A DNA stretch of 52,887 nt, filler included, from Sphacelaria rigidula (Eukaryota), in NCBI GenBank assembly GCA_964200075.2. It is 3 parts of 3 records of this genome, joined end to end, with 100 filler letters (N's around TTAATTAATTAA, not from the genome) between each part and the next. Parts side by side here need not be neighbours in the genome. Positions count along the whole stretch, not along the records: positions 35,329 to 52,887 come from CAXNAA020001044.1; 2 more parts are not named here. The stretch is one strand, 5' to 3'. Positions 48,749 to 52,887 of this stretch are shown here, piece by piece (within the stretch, counting starts at the first letter, position 1; each line of letters opens with the position of its first letter). Under the pieces are notes generated by a model. The model had not been told where the DNA came from and made no database searches. It saw only the letters and a list, made by a program, of their open reading frames with translations. A program made the position numbers and the translations under genes.

Positions 48749-51700
48749 ACAACGTCGAGCCTGCTTATGGTAAAGGCGGCCTCCCAAAGTCGATGGCTCC
48801 GCTAAGAGCGCTCGTTCAACCGGTGGTTGAGAAGAATTCTGCGCCCGGTGGCAGCGATGTTCTTTTTGGCTGTACTGTGCCTCTTTCTGGGAGTTACCGT
48901 AAATCCACTTTCCTGTCCGGCAGGTAGCGGGGAGGGAGAACCGACGGGTGGTCGTCACTGAGTCAGCCGCCACGTGTGTCGAGACGAGAATTGGGAGCAG
49001 GTGATCCCGCCAGCTTCCATCCATTGCCGACGTTGACAGCGGAAAGTGAGCAGAAGGGAAAGGTTACCATGGCGGGTGAATATTGTGCCCCGCTGTGATG
49101 TCGGCGCCAGAGCTTGGCCTCCTACGGTGCTCCGTTTCTTGGTTCTTCGTGTCTTCCCCCCCCCCGACCCACCCCCCTTTCCCCCGTCATTCCCTTTGCC
49201 GCTGTGCGCTTCTTGGTCATGCGTTACAAGCCTGCAGTACTTTGTCACTGAAGCGCCGCATGGATAACCGTTTGTATCTCACGTATGAACGTCTCTTCTA
49301 GTGAAATATTTTTTCATGTGCACTTTGGCATCTCCCATCACTTCAACATCCCGATCTACGACCGTCGTTTCTGATTCTCGAGGGGGGAGAAAAGAGAAGG
49401 CAAATCGAGTTTTCGTAACTTTCATGTATGGCAGTGAAATTCGTGTGTTATGCCCTTGCCGTTTGGTATACCTGTCTCTTCAGCTGCAGCTATAAATAGT
49501 AGGAGAGACCCTGTCGGACATGGTAAAAATGTGTGTTGGCGAATCGAAAAACGGGAGCTGGAGAGGGGGAAGTAGTGTCGGCACGTGGCTATTTGGGAGG
49601 GTGGAATAGGAAGTGTACCGGGCGTTTTTTCCTGTGAACTATGTTGTTTCGAAACTTTCGTCTTGGCGGTAGCGCTCCGAGGGTGTATACACCCTTTGCT
49701 TTTTTTTTTCTTCGGAGAAGTGGAAGACGCCCCTGTATTTTCATGGTGGTACGTACTCGCGAGTTCTGGACGTTCTGTGTTGATGTTGAAGCGTCGCACG
49801 ACGATTGAGGGGAAAAAAATGAGCAAATAATGTACACAGGGTTTTTTCGAGAGTGTGCGATACGTGGTACGTGGTACGTGATACGTGATTCGTGGGGAGG
49901 AAAACTGGAAAGACAAGCACAGAAACAGAAGAGTCTTTATTATTATATTTTTCCTTCTTTTTCTTGCTCTGCTTTTTTCCTTTCCTCCAGCATTGTTGTT
50001 GTGTGAGGGACCGTTAGGTGGTCCACCGACCAATATTTGTAGCCACAGATGACCTTCGGAGCGTCGTTCGTGACTTAAGCGGTTGGAGTCAGTATTTCCC
50101 GCTGGGCCATCCTTTTCCCGAAGGCGGGCAGGAGTCAGTAGTGGCCCTCTCTGGCCTCGAGTGATTCTTGGCGTTGTTTGTTGTTTTCGGACTATTCACT
50201 TTCTTGTGTTGAAAATGTTTGCTCTACTTCGAAAAGTTTCAACTTTGTTGGGACGAACTGTTGATGTGAAAAAAAACGAGGAAAAAAATTGATGCTGTTT
50301 TTTTACATTCGTACCTCACATTTTTTCATTGTGAGCCTGAGGTAAATTATGTTACGCCTCTCTCGCATGCTCTTCCTACAACTGAAAATGCAAAACCCTT
50401 GTGGTGCCTTTTAAAATATCTTTTTTTTTCTCTTTTTTGGGATGTGGACCTGTGTGTTTTTTGTTTCTTGTTCTTTTAGCCTCTTGTGTATCCCGCGATG
50501 ATTCGCATTCGCAAACGCGAACTGTGCTTGTTTCACGTGTTTTTTGTTTTCCGAGTCTTTTTTTTTCCGTCTTGGTTCCTCGGTTTGTTCCACGTTTATT
50601 TGCTTCTTTTTCCCACCACTAGTCGCAGGAAGGAGATGGTGAACGGGTGCTGTGTTTTTATGATGTCCAAGGCGATTTGGTGCTCGTTCGTGTGCCCCTG
50701 TGTCATGTCTTTTTTCTTTTTTTCGAGGGGAAGATTGAAGATACTTGGCCTCTAGGTTGTTCTCGTGCTTACTATAAACCCGTTTACTGTGTCCAAAGCG
50801 AGTTGTGCTGTGTGGTCATTGGTGTTTGTATCGATGTGTGTCATAAGGGCGAGGAGGGGCGTTACGGGCGGCTAGTTACAGAGATGCTTCACGTGTAAAT
50901 GAACGGAGCTCGTGCGTTCGTTCCAGGAGCTCAAACGAGAACGGGCTAGTCGGGTGGTGAATTGGGAGAGCCACAGCCAGGAGCGTGGCGACCTTTTCCC
51001 ACCTCCCACCACTCAGTCCCGTCGGTCACCCGTCGGAGGTGAAGTTTATTGCATATTAGCTTCGTTTATCGGATGTTACGCATTTCTTCGGGGCAGATGT
51101 TGACCTGAAACGGTCCAGATTGCACAGTGTAGAGTATTAGCGCAAGTTGTCATTTCTCTCGGTAGGTGTAGGTTGCCACGCTTTTGTCCATAGGAGCGAT
51201 AGGGGTGGGTGGGTGAGGGAGAGGGAGAGGGAGGAGAAATATGAATGATCCTGGGAGTTTTAGGTTCATTGGGTCGTATATCGAGACGGATAAGATGAGT
51301 CGACCACCACGAGAAGAGGTTGCATGCGAGCGTACGTGTTGTTACTCGCATGCATTCACGCATGCTCGGGTCTCGAAGTCGTGTTGTTTGTACGGTTTTC
51401 CTGTTTTCAATTGTAATTTATCCGTGACGTGATGAGGTAGGTTGGATCGAAGGTACGAGTAAAGATGCCTGGGTAACAAGGAGCCAGGCACTCCTTGATC
51501 AAGGACAAATCTGCCCACTCACGCGCGTACACCTCGGTGTATGTCTTGGTTACTGTATGATCAATAGTTCCATCTGAAGAATTTGTGTCCTTCTATTGCG
51601 TGGGAGAGTCTGCATACTAGGTCTTGATTTGCTAGGGAGCATCACAGATCGCAACAGACTTGATCGTGACTTCGCTAGAGGAGAGTAGACAGATTGAATA

Positions 51701-52887
51701 CGTATCACTTTTTTTGTCCCCGTGCAGTCACTCACTAGTGATCGCTAGACTGCCTAGAGAGCACTACACCAACCCCACCGGTGAACATCCGCGGGTAGAA
51801 GAGTCGAGGTCCATTCGAGAGCAAGATCTATGGACACGAGGGAGGCACCCTTACTGGTGCGTCACGCAGGCCGACCTACATCTTTACCCCAACAAAATGC
51901 ACTCGGTCGCTCGCTATCGAAGGATGAACAGTGGCTGGTGGTGGTGTTGAGAAGGCGACGAAATGAGAATTCAAGAACTAGAAAAATGGACGGCAAGGCC
52001 GCAGGGCGATTGATTCAGGTGTTAGGTTTCTATTCGGTCTCGCTATGTGGTGAGCGATGTGTGTATCGCACGATTCCCAGGGATGGCGTTGGTTGTTTCG
52101 TGTTTTATTTGATACGTGTGTGTGTGTCTCGTGTTGGTTTTTGTGGGGATTTTAATTCGGACAACGTCAGACACTTGTCCGCAGAATGTTTCGAAAGCGC
52201 CGAGTGCGCGAAGGAGAGGGATCTTTGTCTAGGAACATGCGATCCTGAAAAATGGGAACGAGACTTTCTCGTGGAAATGAACACAAGTCTAAATTGTGTA
52301 CGATATTGAACCTGGTACCCGCTAAGCGTCCCGTGAAGTATCAGGAACAATTTCGACCTTGATTCGTTCCCACAAAAGAGAGTAACTCTAAGGTTTCAGG
52401 ATTCCCCATTTGGGGATAGTAGCAAGGCTGAGCCCCGTAAGGGAGGCACACGAATGGATGGCTTCGCCACATCGAACGGTGTACGTTCGGGTGTCTCGCT
52501 TCTGTTTCCCCCTTCTTTGTGCTGCGTGCTTTTCTCAGCTTTGATACGATTTCCACCGGTATACATGTGTTTTTGTACAGTATATGTGCATGTCGCCTTC
52601 TTCTGTGTTGCCGTTTGAAATTGACACCTTGGTAGACATCTCACACATTCGAGGGGGAAAGTAAAAGGGAGGGTTCTTTTTTTATGTCATTTTTTTGTTG
52701 AACTGGTCAACGACGGTGAAATGTTTCCCTCCTTTTTTTTTTTTCCTTTAGCACGTGCTTGTTACTAGCAGGCCTGATCGCGGCTGGAAAAAGGAGAAGG
52801 GGGGGGGGGGGGGGTGGGGGGTTTTTTGGGGTGGTATAATGGTGTGGAACGTTTTTTTTTTTTTTGTTAGTTGGAAAAAAGGAGTGG

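Noticed and set aside
48660-50035. Minus-strand ORFs downstream of the DUF2064-like gene
   Set aside because: They could be the 3' end of a convergent gene, but no domain or consistent splice chain was found and the sequence is low-complexity.

Overview
This window is intron-rich eukaryotic DNA (~50% GC, long GT-AG introns, RTE-LINE and Copia relics), most consistent with a brown alga or related stramenopile (inference from gene structure and repeat style). It is not one continuous locus: two 100-nt linkers (N44-TTAATTAATTAA-N44) join three pieces of 17564, 17564 and 17559 nt, so adjacency across the linkers is probably artificial. Piece 1 holds a LINE relic and a head-to-head inverted pair of genes for a secreted Cys-repeat protein with an acidic/Tyr-rich insert; the pair shows patchy homogenisation and a decayed exon 2. 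Piece 2 holds a probable spliced pseudogene, a GAGCT-rich TIR element, and a 6-exon gene for a stand-alone TAZ zinc-finger protein (~571 aa) with a LINE relic in its last intron. Piece 3 holds a 6-exon gene that the ORF track shows only as fragments. It encodes a ~267-aa DUF2064/TIGR04282-type (CofC-like, GT-A fold) protein, a family linked in bacteria to arsenosugar biosynthesis clusters, and is the top finding. Its 7-kb intron 2 carries a tandem array, piggyBac-like mini-elements and a Copia relic. All gene models were spliced by hand and no database search was run.
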